From: Burkholderiaceae bacterium | GTDB taxonomy: Bacteria; Pseudomonadota; Gammaproteobacteria; Burkholderiales; Burkholderiaceae_C | NCBI GenBank assembly: GCA_964230145.1 | Contig: CAXRGK010000025.1 | Span: 1 to 42,816 of the forward strand | DNA length: 42,816 nt | Direction of reading: 5' to 3' | Shown here: positions 16,997 to 26,875 of the stretch, piece after piece | How the letters are laid out: each line of letters begins with the position of its first letter | Position numbering within the stretch: the stretch's first letter is position 1 | Translations under genes and position numbers: made by a program | Notes under the pieces: generated by a model | What the model saw: only the letters and a program-made list of their open reading frames with translations | Told to the model about the DNA's origin: nothing | Database searches by the model: none

Positions 16997-17758
16997 ATGA
17001 GTAAGCACCTCTACATCCTCACTGGCGCCTCGCGCGGCATGGGCCTGGCCATGGCCGGGCAACTGCTGCGGCCTGGGCATCTGCTGTTGTGCATCTCGCG
17101 CCATGCCCACGAGACGCTGGCCGCACAGGCCCAGGCACGCGGCGCCAGCCTGCTGCAGTGGCAGGCCGATCTGGCCGACGGTGTGGCAGTGGCCCACCGT
17201 CTGCAGGACTGGCTGGATGCACAAAGCCCCGCCGAACTGGCCAGCGCCACCCTGATCAACAACGCAGGCGTGATCCCGCGCATCGGCCCGCTCAGCCAGG
17301 CCGACGCCAGCGACCTGGCCCATGCGCTGCGCGTCGGGCTCGAAGCCCCGATGCAGCTGACCGCCGCCTTTCTGGGCAGCACCGAAAGCTGGGGCGTGCC
17401 ACGCAAAGTGCTCAATATCTCGTCCGGCCTAGGCCGGCGCGCCATGGCCTCGCAGGCCGGCTACTGCGCCGCCAAGGCCGGCATGGACCACTTCACCCGC
17501 TGCCTGGCGCTGGACGAAGCCCTCAAGCCGAACGGCGCCCGGGTCTGCTCGCTGGCGCCTGGCGTGATCGACACCGACATGCAGGTGCAGCTGCGCGGGG
17601 CCAAAGGCGAAGACTTTCCGGACCAGGCCAATTTCAGGCAGCTCAAGGAGACTGGCATGCTCAGCTCGCCTGAGGATGCTGCCGCCAAAGTGCTGGCCTA
17701 CCTCGGACGCCCCGATTTCGGCGCCCACCCGGTGGCCGATGTGCGCGATCCGGCCTGA
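16997..17758 (+). CDS. SDR oxidoreductase (benzil/sepiapterin reductase-like)
   Basis: TGASRGMG, LINNAG, NISSG, YCAAK, APGVIDTDMQ. Confidence 0.9.
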   Translation: MSKHLYILTGASRGMGLAMAGQLLRPGHLLLCISRHAHETLAAQAQARGASLLQWQADLADGVAVAHRLQDWLDAQSPAELASATLINNAGVIPRIGPLSQADASDLAHALRVGLEAPMQLTAAFLGSTESWGVPRKVLNISSGLGRRAMASQAGYCAAKAGMDHFTRCLALDEALKPNGARVCSLAPGVIDTDMQVQLRGAKGEDFPDQANFRQLKETGMLSSPEDAAAKVLAYLGRPDFGAHPVADVRDPA

Positions 17759-17862
17759 AACTGCCCCGCTTGCGCCGGATCAGGCTGTCAGCCGGCTGTA
17801 GCTTTGCCGCCGGACACTGGACAAGTTTCTTTTTTTCATACCAACCCTGAGGAGACCCTCCC

Positions 17863-19047
17863 ATGAGCCGTGAAGTTGTTGTTGTCAGCGGTGTGCGCAC
17901 CGCCATTGGTACCTTTGGCGGCAGCCTCAAGGACATTCCGCCCACCGAGCTGGCCGCCCTGGTCGTGCGCGAAGCCCTGGCACGCGCCAACACCGAAGGC
18001 AAGGATGTCGGCCATGTGGTGTTCGGTCATGTGGTCAACACCGAGCCCAAGGACATGTACCTCTCGCGCGTGGCCGCCATCCACGGTGGCTGCGCCGAAG
18101 CCACCCCGGCCTTCAACGTCAACCGCCTGTGCGGCTCGGGCCTGCAGGCCATCGTGAGCGCCAGCCAGGCCATTGCCCTGGGCGACTGCGACATCGCCAT
18201 TGGCGGCGGCGCCGAAAACATGAGCCGTGCGCCCTACGCCAGCCTGGCTTCGCGCTGGGGCATCCGCATGGGTGACGCCAAGATGATCGACATGATGGTC
18301 GGTGCCCTGCACGACCCCTTCCACAACATCCACATGGGCGTGACCGCCGAGAACGTGGCCACCCAATACGGCATCACCCGCGAGATGCAGGACGCACTGG
18401 CCGTCGAAAGCCACAACCGCGCCGAGAAAGCCACTGCCGAGGGCCGCTTCAAGGACCAGATCGTGCCCGTCATGCTCAAAAGCAAGAAGGGCGACGTGGC
18501 GTATGCGACCGACGAGCACTTCCGCCCCGGCTGCAAGCTCGAAGACATGGCCAAGCTCAAACCCGTGTTCCTCAAGGAAAACGGCACCGTGACCGCGGGC
18601 AACGCCTCGGGCATCAACGACGCCGCCGCCGCCGTGGTGCTGATGGAAGCCGGCGCCGCCAAGGCCCGCGGCGCCAAACCCCTGGCCCGCCTGGTGGGTT
18701 ACGCCCACACCGGCCTGGACCCGAAGATCATGGGCGTGGGCCCGATCAGCGCCACCCAGGCGGTGCTCAAGCGCACCGGCCTGAAGGTGTCGGACCTGGA
18801 CGTGATCGAGGCCAACGAAGCCTTCGCTGCCCAGGCCTGCGCCGTGACCAAGGAACTCGGCCTGGACCCGGCCAAGGTCAACCCCAACGGCTCGGGGATT
18901 TCGCTGGGCCACCCGATCGGTGCCACCGGCGCACTGATCACCGTCAAGGCCCTGCACGAGCTGCAGCGCGTGAACGGTCGCTATGCGCTGGTGACCATGT
19001 GCATCGGCGGCGGCCAGGGCATTGCCGCCATCTTCGAGCGCATGTAA
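17863..19047 (+). CDS. bktB: beta-ketothiolase (acetyl-CoA C-acyltransferase), BktB-like
   Basis: NRLCGSGLQAI, NEAFA, GHPIGATG, CIGGGQG; EPKDMYLSRVAA and ALHDPF are typical of BktB. Confidence 0.88.
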   Translation: MSREVVVVSGVRTAIGTFGGSLKDIPPTELAALVVREALARANTEGKDVGHVVFGHVVNTEPKDMYLSRVAAIHGGCAEATPAFNVNRLCGSGLQAIVSASQAIALGDCDIAIGGGAENMSRAPYASLASRWGIRMGDAKMIDMMVGALHDPFHNIHMGVTAENVATQYGITREMQDALAVESHNRAEKATAEGRFKDQIVPVMLKSKKGDVAYATDEHFRPGCKLEDMAKLKPVFLKENGTVTAGNASGINDAAAAVVLMEAGAAKARGAKPLARLVGYAHTGLDPKIMGVGPISATQAVLKRTGLKVSDLDVIEANEAFAAQACAVTKELGLDPAKVNPNGSGISLGHPIGATGALITVKALHELQRVNGRYALVTMCIGGGQGIAAIFERM

Positions 19048-19055
19048 AGCCTGTC

Positions 19056-19111
19056 TGCAGGAGGCCGCCCCTGCGGCCGAATGCCTTCGCGAGCAGGGGC
19101 TCACTCATACA
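19056..19111. repeat. REP inverted doublet (REPIN-like), GCAG/GTAG family
   Basis: tgcaggaggccgcccctgcggccgaa (19056-19081) plus an inverted degenerate copy at 19086-19111. Confidence 0.78.
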
Positions 19112-19115
19112 GAGG

Positions 19116-19147
19116 CCAAGGCCGGGTTTTCCCGGCCTTGGTGTTTT
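19116..19147 (+). terminator. intrinsic terminator between convergent bktB and eda
   Basis: Perfect 11-bp stem ccaaggccggg-tttt-cccggccttgg followed by tgtttt. Confidence 0.8.
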
Positions 19148-19794
19148 CAGCGGCGCAACTGCGAGGCCTCGCGCGCCAGCGCCTCGATGCGGTGCCAGTG
19201 CCCTTGGACCAGCGCATCGCCAGGCACCAGCCAGGAACCACCCACGCAGGTCACATTGGGCAGGGCCAAAAACTCGGCCGCATTGCCCGTGGTGACGCCG
19301 CCCGTGGGGCAGAACGTCACGTCAAAGAACGGCCCGGCCCAGGCCTTGAGCATGGCCGGACCGCCCGCCTGCATGGCAGGGAAGAACTTGAGTTCGCTGT
19401 AGCCGTCTTCCTGCGCCATCATGATTTCGCTGCCCGTGGCCACGCCGGGCAAGAGGGACAGGCCATGGTCGCGGCAGGCCTGGCCCACCGCTTTGGTGTA
19501 GCCGGGGCTCACAGCAAACTGCGCGCCCGCCTTGGCGGCAGCGGCGGCATCGGCTGGGCTGCGCACGGTACCTGCACCCACCACGGCATCGGGCACCTCA
19601 TGGGCAATCGCTTCCATGCAGGCCAGCGCCTGCGGCGTGCGCAGCGTCACTTCCAGCATGCGGATGCCGCCGGCCACCAAGGCGCGGGCCATGGGCACGG
19701 CGTGCGCGACGTCATGGAGCACGATGACCGGGATCACGGGGGCGTCCTGCATCACTTGCAGAGCGGTCCACTTCGAGGCATTCGTCACAGCCAT
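19147..19794 (-). CDS. eda: KDPG/KHG aldolase
   Basis: LEVTLRT, VGAGTV, FAVSPG, LKFFPA, FCPTGGV, VGGSW. Confidence 0.96.
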   Translation of the reverse strand: MAVTNASKWTALQVMQDAPVIPVIVLHDVAHAVPMARALVAGGIRMLEVTLRTPQALACMEAIAHEVPDAVVGAGTVRSPADAAAAAKAGAQFAVSPGYTKAVGQACRDHGLSLLPGVATGSEIMMAQEDGYSELKFFPAMQAGGPAMLKAWAGPFFDVTFCPTGGVTTGNAAEFLALPNVTCVGGSWLVPGDALVQGHWHRIEALAREASQLRR

Positions 19795-21635
19795 GTGCAG
19801 GCTCCTTCTTCGGCTTGGCGCGCGTTGCGGCGCATGTTGGCAAACAGTTCACGGCCCATGCCCGCGCCGTTGGCGGCGCGCAGGGCTGCGGGCATCTGTG
19901 CAATGGGGCGGGCGTTCCATTCGGCCTCGCTCACCAGCACCTGCAGGGTGCCGGCCATGCCGTCCAGGCGAATCGGGTCGCCATCGCGCACCTTGGCCAG
20001 CGGGCCACCGTCGGCGGCTTCGGGCGACACATGGATCGCGGCGGGCACTTTGCCCGAGGCGCCGCTCATGCGGCCATCGGTCACCAGCGCCACCTTGAAA
20101 CCCTTGCCCTGCAGCACCGCCAGCGGCGGCGTGAGCTTGTGCAGTTCGGGCATGCCGTTGGCTTGCGGGCCTTGCCAGCGCACCACGCAGACCACCCCAC
20201 CCGAAGGGTGGTTCGTGCAATGCTGCTCCAGCTCACCGGCCTTGAACGCCTCCTGCAAGGCTTCCTGCGAGTCGAACACACGGGCCGGAGCTTCGATGAC
20301 GTGCAATGCTTCAGGCACCGCAGAAATCTTGATCACGCTGCGGCCCAGGTTGCCTTGCAGCAATTTCAGACCGCCGGTTGGGCTGAACGGCGCAGCGGCC
20401 GGGCGCACCACCGACTCGTCTTTGCTTGCGCCCGGGTCTCGCCAGACCAGCTGACCGCCCTGCAGCGCGGGGATGCGGGTGAACTCCCGAATACCGCCAG
20501 CGCGCACCGTCAGCACATCTTCGTGCATCAGACCGGCATCGAGCAGCTCGCGGATCACGAAGCCCGGGCCGCCTGCGGCCTGGAACTGGTTCACGTCGGC
20601 ACTGCCGTTGGGATAGACGCGGGTGAGCAGCGGCACCACCTCGGACAGCGCCGAAAAGTCGTCCCAGTCGATCACGATGCCGGCCGCGCGGGCCACCGCC
20701 ACCCAGTGGATCAGGTGGGTGGTGGCCCCGCCCGTGGCCAGCAGCGCCACCATGGCGTTGACGATACAGCGCTCGTCCACCAGCTGGCCGATCGGTGCGG
20801 GCTTGGCGAGCACCGTGCGCACCGCTTCGCGCGTGAGTTCGGCACGCGCGCCCTCGCCGGGGTTGATGAAGGCCGTCCCCGGCACATGCAGGCCCATGGC
20901 TTCGAGCAGCATCTGGTTGCTGTTGGCGGTGCCGTAGAAGGTGCAGGTGCCTTCGCCGTGGTAAGCGCTTGACTCGGCGGCCAGCAATGCTTCGCGGCCC
21001 ACCAGGCCCTGGGCGGCCTGTTCACGCACCTTGGATTTTTCGTTATTGGACAGGCCGCTGGTCATGGGGCCGGCGGGCACAAACACCGTGGGCAGGTGGC
21101 CGAACTGCAGCGCACCGATCAAGAGGCCCGGCACGATCTTGTCGCACACGCCCAGCATCAGCGCCACATCGAACACATCGTGGCTGAGCGACACGGCCGT
21201 GGCCATGGCGATCACGTCGCGGGAAAACAGGCTCAGCTCCATGCCCTGCGCGCCCTGCGTCACGCCGTCGCACATGGCGGGCACACCACCGGCCACCTGG
21301 GCGGTGGCCCCCAGCTTGCGGGCTTCCATCTTGATGAGGTCGGGGTAGTGCTGCAGCGGCGCATGGGCCGAGAGCATGTCGTTGTAGGCGTTGACGATGC
21401 CGATGTGCAGCGGACGCTGCGTCACCAGCGGGATCGCACCCAGAGCGCTGGCGCGCTGCTTGTCAGCTGCGGGCATGGCCGCAAAGGCATGGGCCACATT
21501 GGCACAGCCCAGGCGGAGCGAACCCGGTGTGCGCGCGGCGTAGGCGTCGACCTGCGCCAGGTAAGCGCTGCGGGTCGGCCGGCTGCGCTCGGCAATGCGG
21601 GCGGTGACGGCGGCAACGGCGGGGTGAAGGTTCAT
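19785..21635 (-). CDS. edd: 6-phosphogluconate dehydratase
   Basis: [52 protein letters not shown]; adjacent to eda. Confidence 0.95.
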   Translation of the reverse strand: MNLHPAVAAVTARIAERSRPTRSAYLAQVDAYAARTPGSLRLGCANVAHAFAAMPAADKQRASALGAIPLVTQRPLHIGIVNAYNDMLSAHAPLQHYPDLIKMEARKLGATAQVAGGVPAMCDGVTQGAQGMELSLFSRDVIAMATAVSLSHDVFDVALMLGVCDKIVPGLLIGALQFGHLPTVFVPAGPMTSGLSNNEKSKVREQAAQGLVGREALLAAESSAYHGEGTCTFYGTANSNQMLLEAMGLHVPGTAFINPGEGARAELTREAVRTVLAKPAPIGQLVDERCIVNAMVALLATGGATTHLIHWVAVARAAGIVIDWDDFSALSEVVPLLTRVYPNGSADVNQFQAAGGPGFVIRELLDAGLMHEDVLTVRAGGIREFTRIPALQGGQLVWRDPGASKDESVVRPAAAPFSPTGGLKLLQGNLGRSVIKISAVPEALHVIEAPARVFDSQEALQEAFKAGELEQHCTNHPSGGVVCVVRWQGPQANGMPELHKLTPPLAVLQGKGFKVALVTDGRMSGASGKVPAAIHVSPEAADGGPLAKVRDGDPIRLDGMAGTLQVLVSEAEWNARPIAQMPAALRAANGAGMGRELFANMRRNARQAEEGACTWL

Positions 21636-21652
21636 GGCTGGCACAGGCGTGA

Positions 21653-21667
21653 TGTAACAAAATTACA
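21653..21667. promoter_or_regulatory. HexR-like operator upstream of edd
   Basis: TGTAA-CAAAA-TTACA inverted repeat 17 nt upstream of the edd ATG; HexR is the established regulator of Entner-Doudoroff genes. Confidence 0.7.
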
Positions 21668-21755
21668 AAACGAATGGTAACCGGCTTGGCGCTCCAGAGG
21701 GGAATTCCCGGTTACAGACCGGGTACGAATTGAGGTCGGTCCAGCGCAAAGGCAC

Positions 21756-21783
21756 AAAAAAACCCGCCGAAGCGGGTTCTTTC
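21756..21783 (-). terminator. intrinsic terminator (UUCG loop), possibly bidirectional
   Basis: Minus strand aacccgc-ttcg-gcgggtt continuing into a T run, just past the stop at 21797. Confidence 0.85.
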
Positions 21784-21796
21784 AAGCTTGGCCAGA

Positions 21797-22009
21797 TCAC
21801 TTGGCGGCAGAGGCTTCGGAAGCAGCGGGCTCGGCAGCCGAAGCGGCTTCGGATGCCGATTGAGCCGGTGCGGTCACAGCGGCAGGGGCAGCGGCGGCCG
21901 GCTTCTTGCTCTTGGCAATGCCAAAACCCACAGCCAGACCCACGGCCAGGATGATGACGGCGACCAGAACGGCCCAGACCACGGGTTGGTTGTCGTTTTG
22001 ATTGGACAT
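21797..22009 (-). CDS. small single-pass membrane protein with Ala-rich tail (70 aa)
   Basis: MSNQNDNQPVVWAVLVAVIILAVGLAVGFGIAKSKKPAAAA...; RBS GGAG; followed by a terminator. Confidence 0.75.
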   Translation of the reverse strand: MSNQNDNQPVVWAVLVAVIILAVGLAVGFGIAKSKKPAAAAPAAVTAPAQSASEAASAAEPAASEASAAK

Positions 22010-22051
22010 GTTGTTATCTCCGGAAATGAACCCGGGTATTCTAAAGGTCCG

Positions 22052-22645
22052 ATGTTGCACGCCCCTGACAGCCCTGCCGCCACCCCCATCGCCCGCACGC
22101 TCGACGCACTGCAGGCGCAGCACCCTGCCGGACAGGACCTGTGGGTGTTTGGTTATGCCTCGCTGATCTGGCGCCCGGAATTCGACGCCACCGAAACCCA
22201 CCTGACGCGTGTGCACGGCTGGCACCGCGCCCTCAAGATGTGGAGCCGCGTCAACCGCGGCAGCCCCGAATGCCCGGGCCTGGTCTTTGCGTTGCTGCGC
22301 GGTGGCAGCTGTGCGGGCGTGGCCTACCGCATCCCGGCTGCAACAGCGCAGGATGTCCTGGCGCGACTGTGGGCGCGCGAGATGCCGATGTCCGTCTACG
22401 AACCACGCTGGCTGCCCTGCCCCACGCCACATGGCACGGTGCGCGCCCTGGCCTTCACGCTGGCGCGCCAGCACCCGAGTTACACCGGCACTTTGAGCGA
22501 GGCACGCCTGCGCGAAATCTTCCAGCACGCGGCGGGGCGCTTTGGCAGCACCCGCGACTATGCCCAGCAGACCCTGCAGGCCCTGCGCGACATTGGCATC
22601 GAAGACCGCGCGCTGGCGCGCCTGATCCGGTTGGCCAACGGCTGA
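22052..22645 (+). CDS. chaC: ChaC family glutathione-specific gamma-glutamylcyclotransferase
   Basis: [26 protein letters not shown]. Confidence 0.88.
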   Translation: MLHAPDSPAATPIARTLDALQAQHPAGQDLWVFGYASLIWRPEFDATETHLTRVHGWHRALKMWSRVNRGSPECPGLVFALLRGGSCAGVAYRIPAATAQDVLARLWAREMPMSVYEPRWLPCPTPHGTVRALAFTLARQHPSYTGTLSEARLREIFQHAAGRFGSTRDYAQQTLQALRDIGIEDRALARLIRLANG

Positions 22646-22689
22646 TCCAGCGCAGTTTTATGGCCACGCAAGCCGAATACACTGACACC

Positions 22690-23322
22690 ATGAACATCGC
22701 CGACCTCCGCAAAAGCTACGAAAAAGCCGAACTCAACGAACAGGCTTCGCACGCCGACCCTTTGCTGCAGTTTGACCAGTGGTTCAACGAAGCCCTCAAG
22801 TCCGAGCTGCCCGAGCCCAATGCCATGACCGTGGCCACGGTGGGCAGCGACCTGCGCCCAAGCACCCGCGTGGTGCTGATCAAGGGCTACGACGCCCGCG
22901 GCATCGTCTGGTACACCAACTACAACAGCCGCAAAGGCCAGGAGCTGGCCGGCAACCCGTTTGCCGCACTGCAGTTCCACTGGGTCGAGCTCGAGCGCGT
23001 GGTCCGCATCGAGGGCCGGGTCGAGAAGGTCAGCGACGCCGAAAGCGACGCCTATTTCCACAGCCGCCCGCTGGACTCGCGGATCGGCGCCTGGGCCTCG
23101 CCGCAGAGCCAGGTCATCGACAGCCGCACCGTACTGGTGACCAATGCGGCCAAATACGGTGCGCAGTTTTTGCTGCAGCCGCCCCGCCCGCCGCACTGGG
23201 GCGGCTATCGTCTTGTGCCCGAGCGCTGGGAATTCTGGCAGGGCCGCAAGAGCCGCCTGCACGACCGCCTGCGCTACCGGCAAGACGACGGGCAATGGGT
23301 GCGCGAACGGCTCGCCCCCTGA
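22690..23322 (+). CDS. pdxH: pyridoxine/pyridoxamine 5'-phosphate oxidase
   Basis: [43 protein letters not shown]; alternative start at 22660. Confidence 0.96.
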   Translation: MNIADLRKSYEKAELNEQASHADPLLQFDQWFNEALKSELPEPNAMTVATVGSDLRPSTRVVLIKGYDARGIVWYTNYNSRKGQELAGNPFAALQFHWVELERVVRIEGRVEKVSDAESDAYFHSRPLDSRIGAWASPQSQVIDSRTVLVTNAAKYGAQFLLQPPRPPHWGGYRLVPERWEFWQGRKSRLHDRLRYRQDDGQWVRERLAP

Positions 23323-24279
23323 TCAGGCGGCCAGCAAAGGCAGCATGGCCAGCACGGCGCTGATGGTGACCACAGCCACCGCGGTCGACACCGCCACGGC
23401 AGCCGTGATCATGTCTTCTTCCTTGCGGTAACGCTGCGAAAACAGGAACACGTTGGCCCCGATCGGCAGCGCTGCAGCCAGCACCATCACCCCCAGCTGC
23501 AGACCACGCAAACCCAGCAGCCAGCCCACCCCAGCCATCAGGATCGGATGCAGCACCGTCTTGACGAGCGACAGGCGCAGCGCATTTTTCCATTGCTGGC
23601 CCACCGGCGTTTGCGACAGCGTGATGCCCACCAGCACCAGCGCCAGCGGACCAAAGGCATTGCCCAGCAGCACCAGGGGTTTGTCGATGACCGGGTGCAA
23701 GCCCCAGCCGGTGAATGAATAGGCAATGCCCACCAGGATCGGCAGCGGCACCGGATGGACGATCGCGTTCTTGATGGCCGAGCCGACGGTGCGCCAGATC
23801 GGCTGGGCTTGACCGGACTGGGCCGCCTGTTCGCGCGCCACCTGCAGCTCCAGTACCAGCGTGGCGATGCTCAGCAGGATCAGCGCGTGCAGAGAAATCA
23901 GCGTGAACAGCAGCACCTGGCCCGCCTGCCCGTAGGCCAGCCCCACCAGCGGCACACCGATCATCAGGGTGTTGCTGAAGATGCCGGCCAGCGCCATGAC
24001 CGAAGCACGGCTGTTGCCGCCATAGACGGCCAGCATGATGAAAAACAGCGTCCCCGCCACCAGGAAATACTGCATCACCGGCTTGAAGTCGAGCTCCTCG
24101 ACATGCGAGGTGGCCATGGTCCGAAACAGCAAAGCCTGCGTGAGCACCAGAAACACCAGGTTGGAGAGGTCGCGCACCGCTTCGCCGCGCACCAGCCCCG
24201 CGCGTCCCGCCACAAAGCCGATGAAGATGAGAAAAACCACCGGCAACAAGGCCGAAACAACAGGGTGATCCAGGGTCAT
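23323..24279 (-). CDS. AEC family (auxin efflux/malonate) transporter
   Basis: About 10 hydrophobic segments, FSNTLMIGVPL, AALPIGANVFLFSQRY. Confidence 0.88.
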   Translation of the reverse strand: MTLDHPVVSALLPVVFLIFIGFVAGRAGLVRGEAVRDLSNLVFLVLTQALLFRTMATSHVEELDFKPVMQYFLVAGTLFFIMLAVYGGNSRASVMALAGIFSNTLMIGVPLVGLAYGQAGQVLLFTLISLHALILLSIATLVLELQVAREQAAQSGQAQPIWRTVGSAIKNAIVHPVPLPILVGIAYSFTGWGLHPVIDKPLVLLGNAFGPLALVLVGITLSQTPVGQQWKNALRLSLVKTVLHPILMAGVGWLLGLRGLQLGVMVLAAALPIGANVFLFSQRYRKEEDMITAAVAVSTAVAVVTISAVLAMLPLLAA

Positions 24280-24305
24280 GCGGGGATTATCCCGTGACGA
24301 ACTCC

Positions 24306-24445
24306 CCGCTCACCCTGAGCCAGTCGAAGAACAGCCACACCCACCGCTCACCCTGAGCTTGTCGAAGGACATCCACACCCACCGCTCACCCCGAGCTTGT
24401 CGAAGGGCTGGTGACCAACGCTTAATCAAACTCAGGGCAAACGGG
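24306..24445. repeat. 38-bp-period tandem REP-like cluster (3 copies) plus a degenerate inverted copy
   Basis: Variants of ccgctcaccctgagcttgtcgaag start at 24306, 24344 and 24382; inverted cttaatcaaactcagggcaaacgg at 24421-24444. Confidence 0.85.
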
Positions 24446-24457
24446 AAGGGCGGGCGT

Positions 24458-26431
24458 TCAGAACTGCCACTGCAGGCCCAGCTTGAGCGAACGCCCCGGT
24501 AAGGGCACGCGCCCGGGCGCCGTGCTCGTCAAGATGGAGGTGGCGCTGTAGGCCAGTGCGTTGGTGATGTTGTCCAGGCGAGCAAACCAATGCACCGTGC
24601 CGACATCCACTGTCTGCCGGTAATTGAGGCTGGCGTGCCAGAGGGTATACGCGGCGGTGGGCTCAGAGCCTGTGGGCACACGCCGCTGGGCTGCCGCATG
24701 GTCAAAGCCCAGACGGGCCTGCCAGGCGTCGAAGCGGTAGACGCCACTCAGGCCCACGCGCCAAGGCGCGATGCGCGGCAGGGGCTGGCCCGTGCTCAGG
24801 TTGTCCGCCAGCACCTGATCGGCCCGCCAGAGCAGATCGAGGGTGCCTGCACTCTGCCAGACGCGAGACTGGCCGCTCGCTTCCCAGCCACGCAGACGGG
24901 CGCGCACCCCGGCGTAGGCGTATTCGGGCAAGTCGTTGTCTCCCTTGAAGGAGTCCGGCACAGCCATCAGGCCAATGAAGTTGGCAAAGCGGCTGTCATA
25001 CACGCTGAACTTCATCGGGTGCGGCCCGTTGCGGCGCTCGAGCCCCAGTTCGATGCTGTTGGACTTCTCCAGCCCCAGGCGGGCGTTGCCGGTCTCCCAG
25101 GTGTGGGTGGCCAGGTGCGGGCCATTGGCAAACAGCTCGGCATCGCTCGGGGCCCGTTGGCTGTGCGCCAGCTGGCCTCTGGCCAGCCACCCATCCGCCA
25201 GCCGGTAGAGGCCGCCCAGCGAAACGCTCGCAGGGTTGAAGCGCCGCTCGCCCACGGCAAAGTCGGCCGACACCGGGCTGCCGTCCGAGCGTACCGACAC
25301 CTGTTCGATGCGCGCGCCTGCCTGCAGCTGACCCCAGCCTGTACGCCATTCTTCCAATGCAAACAGCGCCTGGCTGCGCGAGCGGCTGTAGGGCACATAG
25401 GCCTCTTCACCATCGGCCTTGAAGCGCCCGCTCTCCCACTGCAGGCCCACGATCCCCTCCAGCGGGCCCAAGGGTTGGTGCCGTGCCTCCAGGCGCAAGT
25501 CCTGGCCGCGCTTGCTGAACACCGTCCCCGGCACCCCGCTCTCGAATTCGGTGTGGCTGTAATCGCTGGTCCCGGCCAGCAGCTTCAGGCTTTGCCAGCC
25601 ATTCAAAGGCTGGCGCCATTCGCCTTCGAAGGCCAGCTTGTCCGAGCGCATGCCGATGCGGGTCTGGTCTTCGGCCACGGTGCCGTAGTCGCTGCGCCAG
25701 GTGCTGGCCGACAGGCCCAGACGCGCACCGCCACCAAAGTGGCTGAAGCCCAGGGCACCGCCGCGCGTGGTGCTGTCGGAATTGGGAATGCGGCCCAACG
25801 CATTGGGCACGCGCACATCGCCGCTGCGCCGCTCGAACGCGTCCACATGCCAAGCCTGCGTGCCGTTACCGGTTTCCAGCAAGGCCGCGCCGCTGCGCTC
25901 GCGATTACCGCTGGCACCTTGCAGCTGCGCACGCCCCTGCACGCCATTGATGGCTTCGCGCGGGATGCGGTTGTCCAGCACATTGACCACGCCACCCATG
26001 GCACTGCCGCCATACAGCAGCGCCGCTGGCCCGCGCAGCACTTCGATGCGGTCGGCCGACAGCACATCGGCGGGCACCGCATGGTCATAGCTCAGGGCCG
26101 ACACGTCCTGGCTGGCGCTGCTGTTGCTCAGCAGGCGCACACGGTCACCGTCGAGCCCGCGCACGATGGGGCGGCTGGCCTGCGGACCGAACCAGGTGCT
26201 GCTGACGCCAGGCAGGTCGGTGAGCGTTTCACCCAGCGAGCCCTGCCCGCGTTCGCGCAGGTCAGCGCTGCCCAGGCTGCCCACGCTGGCGGGCGCTATG
26301 TCACGTCCCAGCGGGTTACCGGTGATGATGATTTCAGAGGCCGAGGCCGCGGAGTGCTGGGCCAACAAGGGGGCGGCAGCAAAGCCGCAGACCACAGCCA
26401 GCAGGCTGGGGCGCAACAAGAAGCAAGACAT
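24458..26431 (-). CDS. TonB-dependent receptor, ZnuD-like
   Basis: Plug SLGETL...FGPQASRPIVRGLDGDRV...SYDHAV, IEVLRGPAALLYG, ELFANGPHLAT, C-terminal WQF. Confidence 0.9.
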   Translation of the reverse strand: MSCFLLRPSLLAVVCGFAAAPLLAQHSAASASEIIITGNPLGRDIAPASVGSLGSADLRERGQGSLGETLTDLPGVSSTWFGPQASRPIVRGLDGDRVRLLSNSSASQDVSALSYDHAVPADVLSADRIEVLRGPAALLYGGSAMGGVVNVLDNRIPREAINGVQGRAQLQGASGNRERSGAALLETGNGTQAWHVDAFERRSGDVRVPNALGRIPNSDSTTRGGALGFSHFGGGARLGLSASTWRSDYGTVAEDQTRIGMRSDKLAFEGEWRQPLNGWQSLKLLAGTSDYSHTEFESGVPGTVFSKRGQDLRLEARHQPLGPLEGIVGLQWESGRFKADGEEAYVPYSRSRSQALFALEEWRTGWGQLQAGARIEQVSVRSDGSPVSADFAVGERRFNPASVSLGGLYRLADGWLARGQLAHSQRAPSDAELFANGPHLATHTWETGNARLGLEKSNSIELGLERRNGPHPMKFSVYDSRFANFIGLMAVPDSFKGDNDLPEYAYAGVRARLRGWEASGQSRVWQSAGTLDLLWRADQVLADNLSTGQPLPRIAPWRVGLSGVYRFDAWQARLGFDHAAAQRRVPTGSEPTAAYTLWHASLNYRQTVDVGTVHWFARLDNITNALAYSATSILTSTAPGRVPLPGRSLKLGLQWQF

Positions 26432-26446
26432 GGGAACTCACAAGAC

Positions 26447-26486
26447 AAAAAAGATCGGTCGGCCAGCGCGAGGGCTCGCGCGGCCG
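26447..26486 (-). promoter_or_regulatory. GC-rich hairpin plus U-tract between leader ORF and receptor (attenuator-like)
   Basis: Minus strand cggccgcgcga-gccc-tcgcgc(t)ggccg followed 7 nt later by tttttt, which ends 15 nt before the receptor ATG. Confidence 0.5.
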
Positions 26487-26499
26487 GCAGGGTCCGGTG

Positions 26500-26859
26500 T
26501 CAGGTGAGTGGGGGAGGTCCGCGCGCGTCAAAGCTGCGGCGCGTCGTCAGGTGCTCCCGGGCTCGAGCGCGCCCGTCGGGGCTTTGGGCCGGACAGTCCG
26601 CAAGGAACACCGCCATGGTCGTTGCGGGACCGGCACCGTGGGTCAGATGGTCGAGCAGCTGGCACAGACTGCTGCCGTGCTCGTCGCCCAGCTCTGCCAC
26701 CAGGGCCTTGCCCGACGCATCGGCCACGGTGTAGCTTGGCGAAGCTGGGTGCAGCACCCGGTGCACCTGCCCCCAGCCCACCGACCACAGCAAGGCCAGC
26801 ACCAGAGCGAAAACGCTGGTGCAGGCATGCAGACGGATGAGGCGACGGGCGGTTTGCAC
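26500..26859 (-). CDS. DUF2946-like leader protein ending in an RGPP motif
   Basis: GTG start 16 nt after the msrA stop (TTG at 26865 also possible). Hydrophobic N-terminus, QVHRVLH, EHGSSLCQLLDHLTHG, C-terminal FDARGPPPLT; directly upstream of a TonB receptor. Confidence 0.75.
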   Translation of the reverse strand: MQTARRLIRLHACTSVFALVLALLWSVGWGQVHRVLHPASPSYTVADASGKALVAELGDEHGSSLCQLLDHLTHGAGPATTMAVFLADCPAQSPDGRARAREHLTTRRSFDARGPPPLT

Positions 26860-26875
26860 GGTCAAAGCGGGTCGA

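Noticed and set aside
22141-22659. chaC-pdxH fusion suggested by the 393-aa ORF
   Set aside because: chaC is in a different frame with its own stop at 22645; the extension is an open frame without motifs.
24306-24407. Possible mini CRISPR array
   Set aside because: The intervening segments are only about 14 nt and nearly identical, so this is a tandem repeat; no cas genes are in the window.
24590-26734. 714-aa plus-strand ORF, and similar long antisense ORFs (597-1886, 14700-16427, 30438-32312, 35521-37230, 38548-39966)
   Set aside because: Shadow frames of well-supported genes on the opposite strand, expected from high-GC codon bias; no recognisable motifs.
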